A DNA stretch of 64,000 nt from assembly GCA_963730185.1 (NCBI GenBank), contig CAVSQW010000014.1:32001-96000 (forward strand), written 5' to 3'. This DNA comes from an uncultured Gemmatimonadales bacterium (GTDB lineage: Bacteria > Gemmatimonadota > Gemmatimonadetes > Gemmatimonadales > GWC2-71-9). The position numbers and the translations under genes are program-made. The notes beneath the pieces are model-generated. The model saw nothing but the letters and a program-made list of their open reading frames with translations. It searched no databases and was not told the DNA's origin. Of this stretch, positions 17,827 to 28,792 are shown piece after piece. Positions within the stretch are counted from its first letter, which is position 1. Each line of letters opens with the position of its first letter.

Positions 17827-20800
17827 TCAGAACGTGTAGCGAGCGCTCAGCAGCAGCTTGTATCGCGAGCTGTTGGCGATCACCCCATTCCGGCTGGTCA
17901 TGTTCATCAGGCTGTACTGGCCCCGATCGTTGGCGACGTCGTACCCGGTCTGATTGAGGATCGCCTGATTCTCGAACCCGGTCGTGGAACGCACCACGCC
18001 CCAGCTCGACTTGAGCAGGTTGGGCAGGTTGAAGACGTCGAGCGAGACCTCCAGCGCCTGTCCCTTCATCGTCGAGAAGAGCGACCCCATCTCGACCACC
18101 TTGGTCAGCCGGGCGTTGATGAAGCTCTGCCAGGGGCCGCGGCAGGCGTTCCGATGGAGGAGCGTGCCGCGCGCCTTGTCGAGACAGGGCTCACTGCTGA
18201 TGTAGTCGTTCAGCGTGGTCCAGTCCGACGGGGTCCGGAGGGTGATGTCCGAGGCGCTGGTTGGGACGTAGATCGGGTCGTTTCCGCTCAGCCCGTCGCC
18301 GTTGGCATCGTTGTTCACGGTGTAGGTGAACGGCGTCGAGGAGGCCCCAACGTACGTCAGCGAGGCCTGGAACCCGAGCGGGATGTTGAAGATCCCGGTG
18401 AGCGCGATCTTGTTCGGCACGTCGAAGCACGAGGTCGCGAGCGGCCGGTCGGCCAGCAGGCCCTCGAGGACCGCGAACCGGAGGTTCGAGTTCGAGATGC
18501 TCGACGTCAGGCACTCCCGGTCCTTGGTGCTCGAGTGGGTGTACCCGGCGTTGAACGAGACGCCCTCGCTGAACCGCTTGTCGAGCTGGAAGGTGGCCGA
18601 GTACGACCGGTCACCGCTCGAGTTCGACTGCCGGATCACGTCGTTGGCCGTGGTGGTGATCCGGGTCGGCCGGATGGTCGACGCGATCCCCGACCCGTTC
18701 GGCGTTCCCGGCGTGCCGTACTGACTCCGCCCGCCCTCGCCCGACTCGGTCCGCTGCACGCCGACCAGATTGACGTCGTTCAGGTAGAACTGGTTCAGGG
18801 TCCGGGTGTAGAGCAGGTCCACCGTGCCGACCATGTTCCAGGGGAGCTTCTTGTCGAAGCCCAGCGAGCCGCGGAGCGTCTGGGGGAACTTGAAGTTGTG
18901 GTCGAAGTACACGATCGACGGGGTGGGCGGATTGGCCGACCCGCCGCCGGCGCACGAGGTCGGCTGGTTGGCCAGCTCCGGCGTGAAGGTCGGGATCGCG
19001 GCGCCGTTGCACGACAGCAGTGCCTGGGTCAGGCCCGAGTTGGCGTACGCGTTCGCGACCCAGACGTAGGGCGGTCGGCCGCTGAAGACGCCCACCCCGC
19101 CGCGGAGCAGGGCCGACTGATCGCCCTTGATGTCGAAGTTGAAGCCGAGTCGGGGCGAGATCAGCCAGGCCGTGCTGAAGTCTGACGTGTTGACCACGTC
19201 GGTCGTCCCGTCGTTGTGGGTGAAGTTGACCGCCGCGAGGTCCGGGTTCGCGTCGGGCTTGGTCGGCAGCAGGGGCTTGTCGACTCGAAGCCCGTAGGTC
19301 ACCGAGAGCTTGTCGGTCACGCTCCAGACGTCCTGGGCGTAGAGGCCGAGCTGGTTCACCTTGAACTCTGCCAGCGGGCCGTTCTCCCGGAGCGGAAGGG
19401 CGATCTCGTAGTGGTTCGGCGTCCCGGCGTAGAGGTCCGCCGCGCTGGCGAAACCCCACACCCCGTAAGAGCCCGGGAAGAACTGATCGTAGAACTTGAA
19501 GAACTCGTTGTGGGTGCCGACGGTGATCAGGTGCGAGCCTCGCCCGAAGGTGAGGTTGTCGGTCAGCTCGTACACGTCCTGCTTCAGCACGTTGCCCTGC
19601 GAGAACCGCTCGGCGCCGATCGCCACGGCGCTCCCGGTGCCCACGAAGATCAGGGGGGTGTTCATCCCCGGATTCCGGAGATCCCGAATCCGCTGGTAGC
19701 CGAGCAGGAGCTCGTTGGTGAAGCCGTTCCCGAGGACCGCGTTGTAGCGGACCCGGGCGGTCCGGGTGGTGTTGTTGATCGTGTAGCCCGCGTTCCCGAG
19801 CTCATAGCCGCTTCGGAAGCCGGAGAACGAGGAGCTTCGGATCAGGCTGCCGTCGCTCGCCTTGACGTCGTTGTAGGAGATCTCGATCTGGCTGCTGGGG
19901 CTCAGCTGCCCGTTGACCTTGACGAAGATGTCGTGGTCCGGCGAGTCGCGGTTGACCTGGCCGGCCGAGCCGGGATCGCCCAGGCCGTTGGCCGTGGCCC
20001 AGTTGGCGACGCTGTCGGCCTGCGCCAGGGTCACGCCGAAGGCGCCCTGGTCGATGGTGTTGTCGCCCTGGAGATACTGCGAGAACGGCGACGACCGGCT
20101 CTTCCAGTCGCCGGCGGCGAAGAACTGGAGCTTGTTCCGGATGATCGGGCCGCTCAGGGTCGCGCCGTACTGATACTCGTGGAAATCGGTCAGGATGTCG
20201 CTCCCCAGCGGGCCCCGGTCCACCGAGTCGCGCTGGAAGCTCTGGTTCTGGCCGAAGAAGAAGGCCGAGCCATGGAAGGTGTTGGTGCCCGACTTGGTGA
20301 TCGCGTTGATGAGGCCGCCGGTGAATCCGCCCTGGCGGACGTCGTACGGCGCGATCAGGAGTTGGAACTCCTTGATCGCCTCGAGTGAGATCGGTCGCTC
20401 GCTGACCTGGCCGCCCGGCGTGCCGGTCGAACCCAAGCCGAAGAGGTCGTTGTTCACCCCGCCGTCGATCTGGATGTTGTTGAACCGGTTGTTCTGTCCG
20501 GCGATCGAGTTGCCGTTGGTCTGGGGCGAGATGCTGAGGAGGTCGGTGAAAGTCCGCGAGAGCGTCGGCAGGCGCCGGATGAATGAATCCGAGACCGCCA
20601 CCGCCGGCCCGGTCCGGGCCCGCGAGAGGAGCGGGTTGCCCTCGGCCGTCACGGTCAGCTCGCTCAGGGTCACCGTCGTCGGCACCATCCGCACGTTCAT
20701 GGTGACGACCTGACCGAGCGTGACCCGGGCGACCGGTTCGGACGCGGGGCGATAGCCGATCGCCCGGACGTCGAGGGTGAAGGGGCCGCCGGGGGTGACG

Positions 20801-21030
20801 TTCTCGATCGCGTACTGGCCGTTGGGTCGCGACGTAACGCGGTACTGGAGGCCGGTCTCGGTGTTGACGAGGGTGACTACCGCCGCCGCGATGCCGTGCC
20901 CGGCGCTATCCGTGACCTGCCCTCGGACGGCGCCGGTGGTGACGCCCTGGGCTCGGGCGCTGGCCGGAAGTACGCCCAGGACGAGCACCACCGCAGACAT
21001 GCGGGCCGCGAATTGCCTCAGTCGCTTCAT
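17827..21030 (-). CDS. Oar-like TonB-dependent receptor
   Basis: Signal peptide, carboxypeptidase-regulatory-like domain, GQNNRFNNIQIDG, PYDVRQGGFTGG.INA.TKSGTN, SPR.GFN.D, C-terminal RYTF. Confidence 0.93.
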   Translation of the reverse strand: MKRLRQFAARMSAVVLVLGVLPASARAQGVTTGAVRGQVTDSAGHGIAAAVVTLVNTETGLQYRVTSRPNGQYAIENVTPGGPFTLDVRAIGYRPASEPVARVTLGQVVTMNVRMVPTTVTLSELTVTAEGNPLLSRARTGPAVAVSDSFIRRLPTLSRTFTDLLSISPQTNGNSIAGQNNRFNNIQIDGGVNNDLFGLGSTGTPGGQVSERPISLEAIKEFQLLIAPYDVRQGGFTGGLINAITKSGTNTFHGSAFFFGQNQSFQRDSVDRGPLGSDILTDFHEYQYGATLSGPIIRNKLQFFAAGDWKSRSSPFSQYLQGDNTIDQGAFGVTLAQADSVANWATANGLGDPGSAGQVNRDSPDHDIFVKVNGQLSPSSQIEISYNDVKASDGSLIRSSSFSGFRSGYELGNAGYTINNTTRTARVRYNAVLGNGFTNELLLGYQRIRDLRNPGMNTPLIFVGTGSAVAIGAERFSQGNVLKQDVYELTDNLTFGRGSHLITVGTHNEFFKFYDQFFPGSYGVWGFASAADLYAGTPNHYEIALPLRENGPLAEFKVNQLGLYAQDVWSVTDKLSVTYGLRVDKPLLPTKPDANPDLAAVNFTHNDGTTDVVNTSDFSTAWLISPRLGFNFDIKGDQSALLRGGVGVFSGRPPYVWVANAYANSGLTQALLSCNGAAIPTFTPELANQPTSCAGGGSANPPTPSIVYFDHNFKFPQTLRGSLGFDKKLPWNMVGTVDLLYTRTLNQFYLNDVNLVGVQRTESGEGGRSQYGTPGTPNGSGIASTIRPTRITTTANDVIRQSNSSGDRSYSATFQLDKRFSEGVSFNAGYTHSSTKDRECLTSSISNSNLRFAVLEGLLADRPLATSCFDVPNKIALTGIFNIPLGFQASLTYVGASSTPFTYTVNNDANGDGLSGNDPIYVPTSASDITLRTPSDWTTLNDYISSEPCLDKARGTLLHRNACRGPWQSFINARLTKVVEMGSLFSTMKGQALEVSLDVFNLPNLLKSSWGVVRSTTGFENQAILNQTGYDVANDRGQYSLMNMTSRNGVIANSSRYKLLLSARYTF

Positions 21031-21206
21031 CGGTTCTCCTCAAGATCCTCAAATAAATGGGCTGTCGATCCGGGCCAAACCGCCGTCGGATCGGCGTAAA
21101 TGTCGTCCCGGTTCCGGCGGGCCGCAAGCACCAGAACAGGCGACGATCCAAGATCCCGAGGGTCGATCATGAAACGGTCACGTTTGGGACACGAATGGAC
21201 GGTGCC

Positions 21207-22283
21207 TCAGGTCCTCACTCGGGCCAGGAGCCAGATCCCAACCACCCCGAAGAAGAGGTTCGGGATCCAGGCCGACAGCGTGGGGTCGACCAGGCCGGTC
21301 GCGCCGACCGCTTTGGAGAGATTGATCAAGAGCAGGTACAGCACCGTGGTGCCCATGCTGATCGCGATCCCCCAGGCCGCCCCGGCCCGCGGGTTCGACA
21401 CGGCGAGCGGTGCGCCGAACAGGACGATCACGATGCACGCCGCGGGCAGCGCCAGCTTGATGGCGAGATCGACCTGGAGCTTCTTCACGTCGTTGCCGGA
21501 ACGGTCCAGCGTCCGGATGTACTCCGCCAGCTCCGCGTACGCCATCTCTTCGGGGCGCTTGGGCTCGATCAGGAGGGACCGGGGGGGCTCGTCGAACGAG
21601 GCCATCGTCAGCTTGGTGTACGCGAAGGTCTCGGTCTTGGTGCTGTCGCCCAGGAAGTGGCTGGACCCGTTGATCAGCTGCCAGCGGCCGGTCGAGTCGT
21701 TCCACTTGGCGCTGTCCGCCCAGATGGCCAGGTTCGGAAACCCGGCCCGGGCGCTGGGGCGCTCCAGCAGGACCATCTGCGCCGTCTGGCGACGGGTGTC
21801 GAGGAGCCGGATCGAGTACACCCATCCGTCGTCGGCGCGGTAGACGAAGTTGTACCGGGTGGTCTGGTTTCGGGCCACCCGCTCCTTTTCGAGCTCGAGC
21901 TGCCGCGCCGTCGCTTCGGTGGCCACCTCGCTGATCCAGAAGGTCGCCCCGGCGGAGAGCAGGGCGGCCACGAAGAGCGGGAACATGAGCCGGTGGAAGC
22001 TGACGCCGCCCGCCTTGGCGGCGGTAAGCTCCGAGTGGCGGCTCAGGGGCCCCACCGTGAACACCGTCGCGAAGAGCGCGGCGGCCGGAAGCATCTGGGC
22101 CACGTTCCAGGGCAGCGCGAAGACGCCGCTCAAGGCGATCGCTCCCGGGGTCAGGCCCCGGTCGAGCAGCCGGTTGAGCTTGTCGGTGAGGTAGACCAGG
22201 ACCGAGACGACCGGCAGTCCGATCCCTGCCAGCAGGAAGATCTTGAGCCACTGGGTCAGCACGTAGCGGGAGAGAATCCGCAT
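21207..22283 (-). CDS. lptG: LPS export ABC permease LptG
   Basis: IL.RY, SEL.A.KAGGVS, 6-TM plus periplasmic domain, W.PN; paired with lptF. Confidence 0.85.
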   Translation of the reverse strand: MRILSRYVLTQWLKIFLLAGIGLPVVSVLVYLTDKLNRLLDRGLTPGAIALSGVFALPWNVAQMLPAAALFATVFTVGPLSRHSELTAAKAGGVSFHRLMFPLFVAALLSAGATFWISEVATEATARQLELEKERVARNQTTRYNFVYRADDGWVYSIRLLDTRRQTAQMVLLERPSARAGFPNLAIWADSAKWNDSTGRWQLINGSSHFLGDSTKTETFAYTKLTMASFDEPPRSLLIEPKRPEEMAYAELAEYIRTLDRSGNDVKKLQVDLAIKLALPAACIVIVLFGAPLAVSNPRAGAAWGIAISMGTTVLYLLLINLSKAVGATGLVDPTLSAWIPNLFFGVVGIWLLARVRT

Positions 22284-22295
22284 CGATCGGCCCGC

Positions 22296-23843
22296 TCAGC
22301 TCCGCGCCCGGCGGCGAAGTCGAAAGAAGGCCTTCACCGACTCGATCAGGTCGGCCGCGTCGCCGCCCCGGGTCGAGCCGAATTCGCGGCGGACCTTGAA
22401 GAGCCCGAAGACGCCCGCCAGGAAGACGACCGCGTTGGGGAACCACATCGCCAGGGCCGGACTGACGAGATCGCGGTCGGCCAGGCTCTCGCCGGCGGTC
22501 AGGCTCACGTAGAAGATCGCGAAAATGGTGAGTCCGCCGCCGATCACCAGGCCCATCCCGCCCCGGGGAAATCGGAGGGCCAGCGGGACGCCGATCAGGA
22601 CGAAGGTGAAGCAGGCCACGCTGATGGTGTACTTCTTGTGAATCTCGACCCGGAACGCGTCCGCAGCCCGCTGGGCGGAGATCGCTTCCTGGCGGGCGGT
22701 CACCACCTCGGTCAGGCTGGACACGATCGCCCCGGGGGCCGGAACGCCGGCGTGGGTCGCCGTGTCGATCACCACCGGCGCCGCGGCCTTCGCCTGGACC
22801 GCGGGCGGGGGGGGCGGGGGTGGTGGTGGCCGCTGGACCGGCCCCTGCGCCTCGGCCACCTCGGGGAGGATCAGGCGCCCGATCGCCCGCTCGAGCTTCC
22901 GGTAGAGGCCGCAGTGCGGCGCCACCGCGCTGTCGGGCTTGACCACGGGCAGCCCGGAGTGCATCAGGCCCATCAGGGCCCGAAGGTCCGTGTCCACCAG
23001 GAGCCGGCGGGTCGCGGCGGCTCGCACCGCGGTACGCTCCGACGCCGTGACCCGGTCCATCATCTCGCAGGTGGTCATCTCACGGTCGCCCCGCTCGAAG
23101 TTCTCGAGGTTCCGGTGGAGGAAGTTCTGGACGTCCCGGACCCGGACCGTGTTCTGGGTGAAGCGGGTCACCTGGATCCGGCCGGGCTCCACCGTCTTGA
23201 ACTCGTTGACCCGGCCGTCGAAGAGTCGGAAGATCAAGTCGGTCTGCTTCTCGTTGAACGCCATGATCCCACTGTCGGCGTAGATCACCCGGCGCCCGTC
23301 GCTGATCCCGAGGTCGTAGACCTGCACGTCGCGGAGCCGCCCCGAGCCCGGGAACACCCGGCTCGCCCAGATGTAATAGGGCTGGAGCTCGTTGATCGCC
23401 TGCTCCCGCATCTGGAAGGCCGGCTTCTTGTGGCCGATGTCGCTCTGGAGGTTCCGGAGTCGGGCGTTGGTCCGGGGCAGGATCTGATCGACGAAGATGA
23501 AGTTGGTCAGGGTGAGCGCGAGGCCGGCCAGGAGCGCGGGCCGGAGCATCTGCGCCACGCTCACCCCGTTGGCCCGCATCGCGGTGATCTCGTTGTCGGC
23601 GCCGAGCTGGCTGTAGCCGTAGAGGACCGCCACCAGCACGGCCATCGGCAGGGTGAGGGCAATGATGAACGGAATGCTCAGGACCAGCACCTCGGCGATG
23701 ACCTGCCAGGGAAGGTCCTTCCCGACCAGGTCGCCGAACCGCTTGGCGAGGGTGTTCATCATCAGGAGGCCGGTCAGCGCCCCAAGCGAGAACAGAAAGG
23801 GGCCGGCGAGCGACCGGAAGATGTGTCGGCGCAGGAGGCGCAT
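22296..23843 (-). CDS. lptF: LPS export ABC permease LptF with a large insertion
   Basis: LP.AVL.A.L..Y..L.ADNE.TAM.A.G.S, VEIHKK..IS.AC, W.PN. Confidence 0.85.
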   Translation of the reverse strand: MRLLRRHIFRSLAGPFLFSLGALTGLLMMNTLAKRFGDLVGKDLPWQVIAEVLVLSIPFIIALTLPMAVLVAVLYGYSQLGADNEITAMRANGVSVAQMLRPALLAGLALTLTNFIFVDQILPRTNARLRNLQSDIGHKKPAFQMREQAINELQPYYIWASRVFPGSGRLRDVQVYDLGISDGRRVIYADSGIMAFNEKQTDLIFRLFDGRVNEFKTVEPGRIQVTRFTQNTVRVRDVQNFLHRNLENFERGDREMTTCEMMDRVTASERTAVRAAATRRLLVDTDLRALMGLMHSGLPVVKPDSAVAPHCGLYRKLERAIGRLILPEVAEAQGPVQRPPPPPPPPPAVQAKAAAPVVIDTATHAGVPAPGAIVSSLTEVVTARQEAISAQRAADAFRVEIHKKYTISVACFTFVLIGVPLALRFPRGGMGLVIGGGLTIFAIFYVSLTAGESLADRDLVSPALAMWFPNAVVFLAGVFGLFKVRREFGSTRGGDAADLIESVKAFFRLRRRARS

Positions 23844-23950
23844 CCGGGAAAAAGAGCAGGGCGGGGGAGGGCGGGCAAGGCTGCCGGTGGGCCCGCTCGG
23901 CCCCCCGGCCTCACGTTGCTCCGCCTGAGCGCGGTGCTTACGTTGAGCCG

Positions 23951-24862
23951 ATGACTCTCCGCCTGGCTCTCCTGAGCTCGCTGTTGGTCGGATGCCAAAA
24001 CGCCCCGCCGCCGGCCAAGGAGTTCGACGGCCCAGCCGCCCTCGCCTACGCTCGAACCCAGGTCGACTTCGGTCCCCGGGTGCCCGGCACCCCGGGCCAT
24101 CAGCAGATGACCTTGTGGCTCGACAGTCTGCTCCGGACCCGATCCGATACCGTCGTCGTGCAGCGATGGACCCACCGAACCGAAGACGGTGACTCGCTCC
24201 CGATGGTGAACTTCATCGCCCGGTTCAACCCGAGCGCGACCCAGCGGCTGCTGTTCGTGGCCCACTGGGACACCCGTCCCCGGGCCGACGCCGACACCGG
24301 GGCCAAGGTCCACCGGCCCATCGCCGGCGCCAACGACGGCGCCTCCGGCGTGGCCGTGCTCATCGGGATGGCCGACGCCCTCCGGAAGACCCCTCCCACG
24401 ATCGGCGTCGACCTCCTCTTCGTCGACGGAGAGGACTACGGCTCCTTCGAGGGCGATCAGGCCGACGTGCTGATCGGCGCCAAGTATTACGCCGCTCACC
24501 AGCTCCCCGGACCGAAACCGACGTTCGCCGTGCTGCTCGATATGGTCGGCGGCCGGGCGACCCAGTTCCAGAAAGAAGGTTACTCCGTGGTCGCCGCGCC
24601 CGACGCGGTCGACCTGGTCTGGACCACCGCCGAACGCCTGGGATACGGCAACGTGTTCCTGCCCGAGAACGGCGGCTCGGTGACCGACGACCACATCCCT
24701 CTCCAGAAGGCCGGGATCCGGGCCATCGACATCATTCCCGACATCCCCAATGGCTACCCGCCCTGGCACACCCAGGCCGATACCATCGACAAGCTGTCGG
24801 CGGATGCCCTCAAAGCCGTGGGCGACGTGATGCTCGCCGTGGTCCGGCTTCAGGGACGATAG
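23951..24862 (+). CDS. M28 family peptidase / glutaminyl cyclase-like lipoprotein
   Basis: Lipobox LVGC, FGPRVP, AHWDTRP, GANDGASGV, DGEDYG, DM.G, DDH.P, WHT..D. Confidence 0.9.
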   Translation: MTLRLALLSSLLVGCQNAPPPAKEFDGPAALAYARTQVDFGPRVPGTPGHQQMTLWLDSLLRTRSDTVVVQRWTHRTEDGDSLPMVNFIARFNPSATQRLLFVAHWDTRPRADADTGAKVHRPIAGANDGASGVAVLIGMADALRKTPPTIGVDLLFVDGEDYGSFEGDQADVLIGAKYYAAHQLPGPKPTFAVLLDMVGGRATQFQKEGYSVVAAPDAVDLVWTTAERLGYGNVFLPENGGSVTDDHIPLQKAGIRAIDIIPDIPNGYPPWHTQADTIDKLSADALKAVGDVMLAVVRLQGR

Positions 24863-24979
24863 CCGCAAGTACCCACCAAAGAACGACTTATTCTCCGGCC
24901 GCAGTGATTCGCGGAATTCGGATCCTCGCTGCATAAAGCGGGTTCGGTGGCGGGACTGCGGGCGGGCCACCTTGGCACC

Positions 24980-25717
24980 ATGGAAACCCGAGAACGCAAC
25001 GCCCTGCTGCTACTCCTCGGACTCGGGATCGCCGGTCACGGCGTTCGGCTCCTGAGTCCCCGATCCGATGGCCCGCCTGCAGCTCTCGCCGGGCTGGCCG
25101 AGGCACCACCCAACGACCTCGATCGTCATCGGGCCGCCGGCGCTCGGCTGGCCCGCCCGCTAGGCAGGGGCGAACGGGTAGATCTCAACCACGCCTCCGC
25201 CCAGGAGCTCGGCCGACTTCCCCGGGTCGGGCCGGCGCTGGCCCGGGCGATCGTGCGGGCTCGAGACGAGGCGGGGGGCTTCGTCTCCCTGGCGGAGGTC
25301 GATCGGGTTCCGGGTGTCGGACCGGTGCTCCTCCGATCGATCGACAGCCTGGTCACGCTCGGCGATACGATTCGCGCTCGGGCCCGGCGTCCGGCCGCCG
25401 GGCGTGCCGGTCGGGGCCGGAATCGGGCCCCGTCGCCGACCGCCGGGCCGCCCGTTCGGGTGATCGACCGGCGTAATCTGCCGGTCATTCAGGGGAACCC
25501 ACGAGCTGACCGGTCCGGACCCACTCCAATCAACGTCAACTCCGCATCGTTAGAGGAGTTAACGACGCTCAAGGGCATTGGCCAGGCTCGTGCCAGGGCC
25601 ATTGTGGCATATCGCCAAGGCAACGGGCCATTCGCGTCGGTTCAGGACCTGGAAAAAGTGCCCGGTCTGAGTCGCCGTCTGGTACGTCAACTGGCGCCTC
25701 AAGTTACGGTCCGGTGA
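24980..25717 (+). CDS. comEA: ComEA family DNA-binding protein with two helix-hairpin-helix domains
   Basis: VDLN.AS..EL..LP.VGP..A..IV and INVNSAS.EEL..LKGIG..RA.AIV.YR..NGPF. Confidence 0.85.
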   Translation: METRERNALLLLLGLGIAGHGVRLLSPRSDGPPAALAGLAEAPPNDLDRHRAAGARLARPLGRGERVDLNHASAQELGRLPRVGPALARAIVRARDEAGGFVSLAEVDRVPGVGPVLLRSIDSLVTLGDTIRARARRPAAGRAGRGRNRAPSPTAGPPVRVIDRRNLPVIQGNPRADRSGPTPINVNSASLEELTTLKGIGQARARAIVAYRQGNGPFASVQDLEKVPGLSRRLVRQLAPQVTVR

Positions 25718-25840
25718 GCCGATAGCTCGTTTTGGCACCGGTTTGGAAACAGGGGGTCCCGTCCCCCAGGCTGGATCGGCGCAAATCCTTGCAAAGGGGA
25801 CTGATCCTCCGTTTCTGAACGCGGGAGCGCTCGAAACCCG

Positions 25841-27579
25841 ATGGCCAGCGTAGCGGTGACTCCAGGAATTGGCGACCGGCTGGGCGAGATTCTCCTTTCG
25901 GAGAACCTCGTCACGCGGGAGCAGTTGACGCAGGCCCTCACCGAGCAGAAGTCGTCGGGGCATCGCCTGGGCTACGTGCTGATCAAGCTGGGGCTGATCC
26001 CGGAAGTCGAGATCACCAAAGTTCTGGCCCGGCAGCACCGGATGCCGGCGGTCGATCTGACTCGTTTCGAGGTCGACGGCAAGATCCTCAAGCTCGATTC
26101 CGGCCGACGTCGCCCGGAAGCACGTCGTCCTGCCGCTCAAGCGCGAGGGCCGGACCCTGACGGTGGCCATGGCCGATCCGTCGGATAACGGCCTGCTGCA
26201 GGACCTCAAGTTCATCACCCGGTTCGATCTTTTCCCGGTGCTGGCGGGTGAGTACACCCTCCGGAACCTGATCGAGAAGTACTACGACGCGAGCGACCAG
26301 TCGGCTCAGCTCCAGGACATCCTCAAGGACATGGAGGGTCTCGGGCTCACCGACGATCTGGAGCGGTCGACGACGACGAAGACGACGAACAGGTCGGTCA
26401 GGCGGAGATCAACGACGCGCCGGTCGTCAAGCTGATCAACGGCATCCTGACCGATGCCGTGAAGCGGGGCGCCTCCGACATCCACATCGAGTGCTTCGAG
26501 CACGAGATGCGGGTTCGGTACCGCGTGGACGGCGTCCTTCAGGAGGTGATGAAGCCGCCCATCCGGATGAAGGCCGCCTTGATCTCGCGGATCAAGATTC
26601 TCTGCGGCCCTGAACATCGCCGAGCGGCGGGTGCCGCAGGACGGCCGGCTCAAGCTGAAGATGGGTAACCGGGTCATCGACTTCCGAGTGTCGACCCTGC
26701 CCGTGTCTGTTCGGCGAGAAGATCGTGCTCCGAATCCTCGACAAAGGCAATCTGACGCTCGATCTGACCAAGTTCGGTTTCGAGATCAAGGCCGAGGAAG
26801 ATCTGATGCGGGCCATCCTGAACCCGTACGGCATGGTGCTGGTCACCGGCCCGACGGGTTCCGGTAAGACGACGACGCTGTACTCGCGCTTTCAGCCGGA
26901 TCAACACGATCGACACCAACATCATGACCGCGGAAGACCCGGTCGAGTACAACCTGATGGGCATCAACCAGGTCCAGGTGCGCAACGGAGATCGGCCTGA
27001 CCTTCGCCGCCGCGCTGAGGGCGTTCCTCCGGCAGGATCCCAACATCGTCATGATCGGCGAAATCCGGGATCTGGAGACCGGGCAGCATCGCGATCAAGG
27101 CCGCGCTCACGGGCCACCTCGTGCTCTCGACCCTCCACACCAACGACGCGCCCAGCACGATCACCCGAATGATCGACATGGGGATCGAGCCCTTCAACGT
27201 GTCAGCGCCGTCAATCTGGTCGTGGCCCAGCGGCTGGTCCGCCGGATCTGCGCCCACTGCAAGACGACCCACCGGTACAAGGACGACGAGCTCAAGGCCC
27301 TGGGCACGGATCTTGACGCCGCTCGAGCCCTGGTGTTCCAGAAGGGTACCGGCTGCGAAGCGTGCTACTGGCACGGGCTATCGGGGCCGGGCGGGTCTCT
27401 ACGAGGTGATGGCCATGACCCACGAGCTGCGGCGGATGATCCTGCGGGGGGCGTCGGTGGCCGAGTTGCAGGAGCAGGCCGTCAAGGACGGCATGCTCAC
27501 GCTGCGGATGGACGGGCTCAAGAAGATCGAAAAGGGCGTGACCACGCTCGAGGAAGTCGTCAAGGAGACTTCGGCATGA
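25841..27579 (+). CDS. pilB: Type IV pilus assembly ATPase PilB (multiple apparent frameshifts)
   Basis: MshEN-like [53 protein letters not shown], CxxC, spread over several frames. Confidence 0.88.
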
Positions 27580-28790
27580 CGGATCTCAATCTCGCGACGG
27601 AAACCGGCTCGGTGGTCTCGTCCTCGTCCGACGGCCGGACCCGGCTCAATCTCAGGGCCCTGCTTCAGGAGATGATCGACAAGGAGGCCAGTCCGACCTG
27701 CACGTTACCGCGGGGGAGCGGCCGAAGCTCCGGGTGGACGGCGACATCTGCGACTCGTCGGTGGACCACATTCTGAGCCCGAAGGACACCCTGCAGCTGG
27801 CCTATTCGGTGTTGACCGAGGCGCAGAAGAAGCGCTTCGAGCTGGAGGACGAGCTGGACTTCTCCTTCGGGATCCAGAACCTGGCCCGGTTCCGAGGCAA
27901 CGTATTCAAGCAGCGGGGCTGCGTGGCCATGGTGCTCCGGATGATTCCCTTCAGCGTCCGGACCTTCGACGACCTCGGGCTGCCGGCGATCGTCGCCAAG
28001 CTGGCCGAGCGGCCGCGGGGCCTGATCCTGGTGACCGGTCCGACGGGGTCGGGTAAGTCGACCACCTTGGCCGCGATCATCGACAAGATCAACAAGGAGC
28101 GGCGGAGCCACATCATCACGGTCGAAGACCCGATCGAGTTCATCCACCGCCACCAGAGCTGTATCGTCAATCAGCGGGAGATCGGGACCGACACCAAGAG
28201 CTTCTCCAACGCGCTCAAGTACGCGCTCCGAGAGGATCCGGACGTCATCCTGGTCGGCGAAATGCGGGATCTCGAGACGATCGCCTCGGCGCTCACCATT
28301 GCCGAGACCGGTCACCTGGTCCTCGCCACCCTGCACACCAACTCGGCCGCCGAGTCGATCAACCGGATCATCGACGTCTTCCCGCACAACCAGCAGTCGC
28401 AGGTTCGGGCGCAGCTGGCCTTCGTGCTCGAGGGCGTCGTCACCCAAGGGCTGCTCCAGCGCTCCCGGGGCAAGGGCCGGGTCATGGCCTGCGAGATCAT
28501 GGTCGCGACGCCCGCCATCCGGGCTCTGATCCGCGACGACAAGATCCACCAGATCTATTCCGCGCTCCAGTCGGGCAAGAAATACGGGATGCAGACGATG
28601 GACGACGCGCTCTACCAGCTGTACATGAACCGGGACGTGACCAAGGAAGAGTGCCTCCGGGTCTGCCCCGAACAGAACGAATTCTCCGGATGATCGGCGA
28701 GCGTCCGCTCGACGATAAGCCGATCGGCGAAGTGCCAACGCGAGCGAAACGGATCTCGGCGCTAACGCCGAACGCGAGGTCGGGGAGGCA
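27576..28790 (+). CDS. pilT: Twitching motility retraction ATPase PilT (frameshifted near both ends)
   Basis: [53 protein letters not shown]; end approximate. Confidence 0.88.
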
Positions 28791-28792
28791 TC

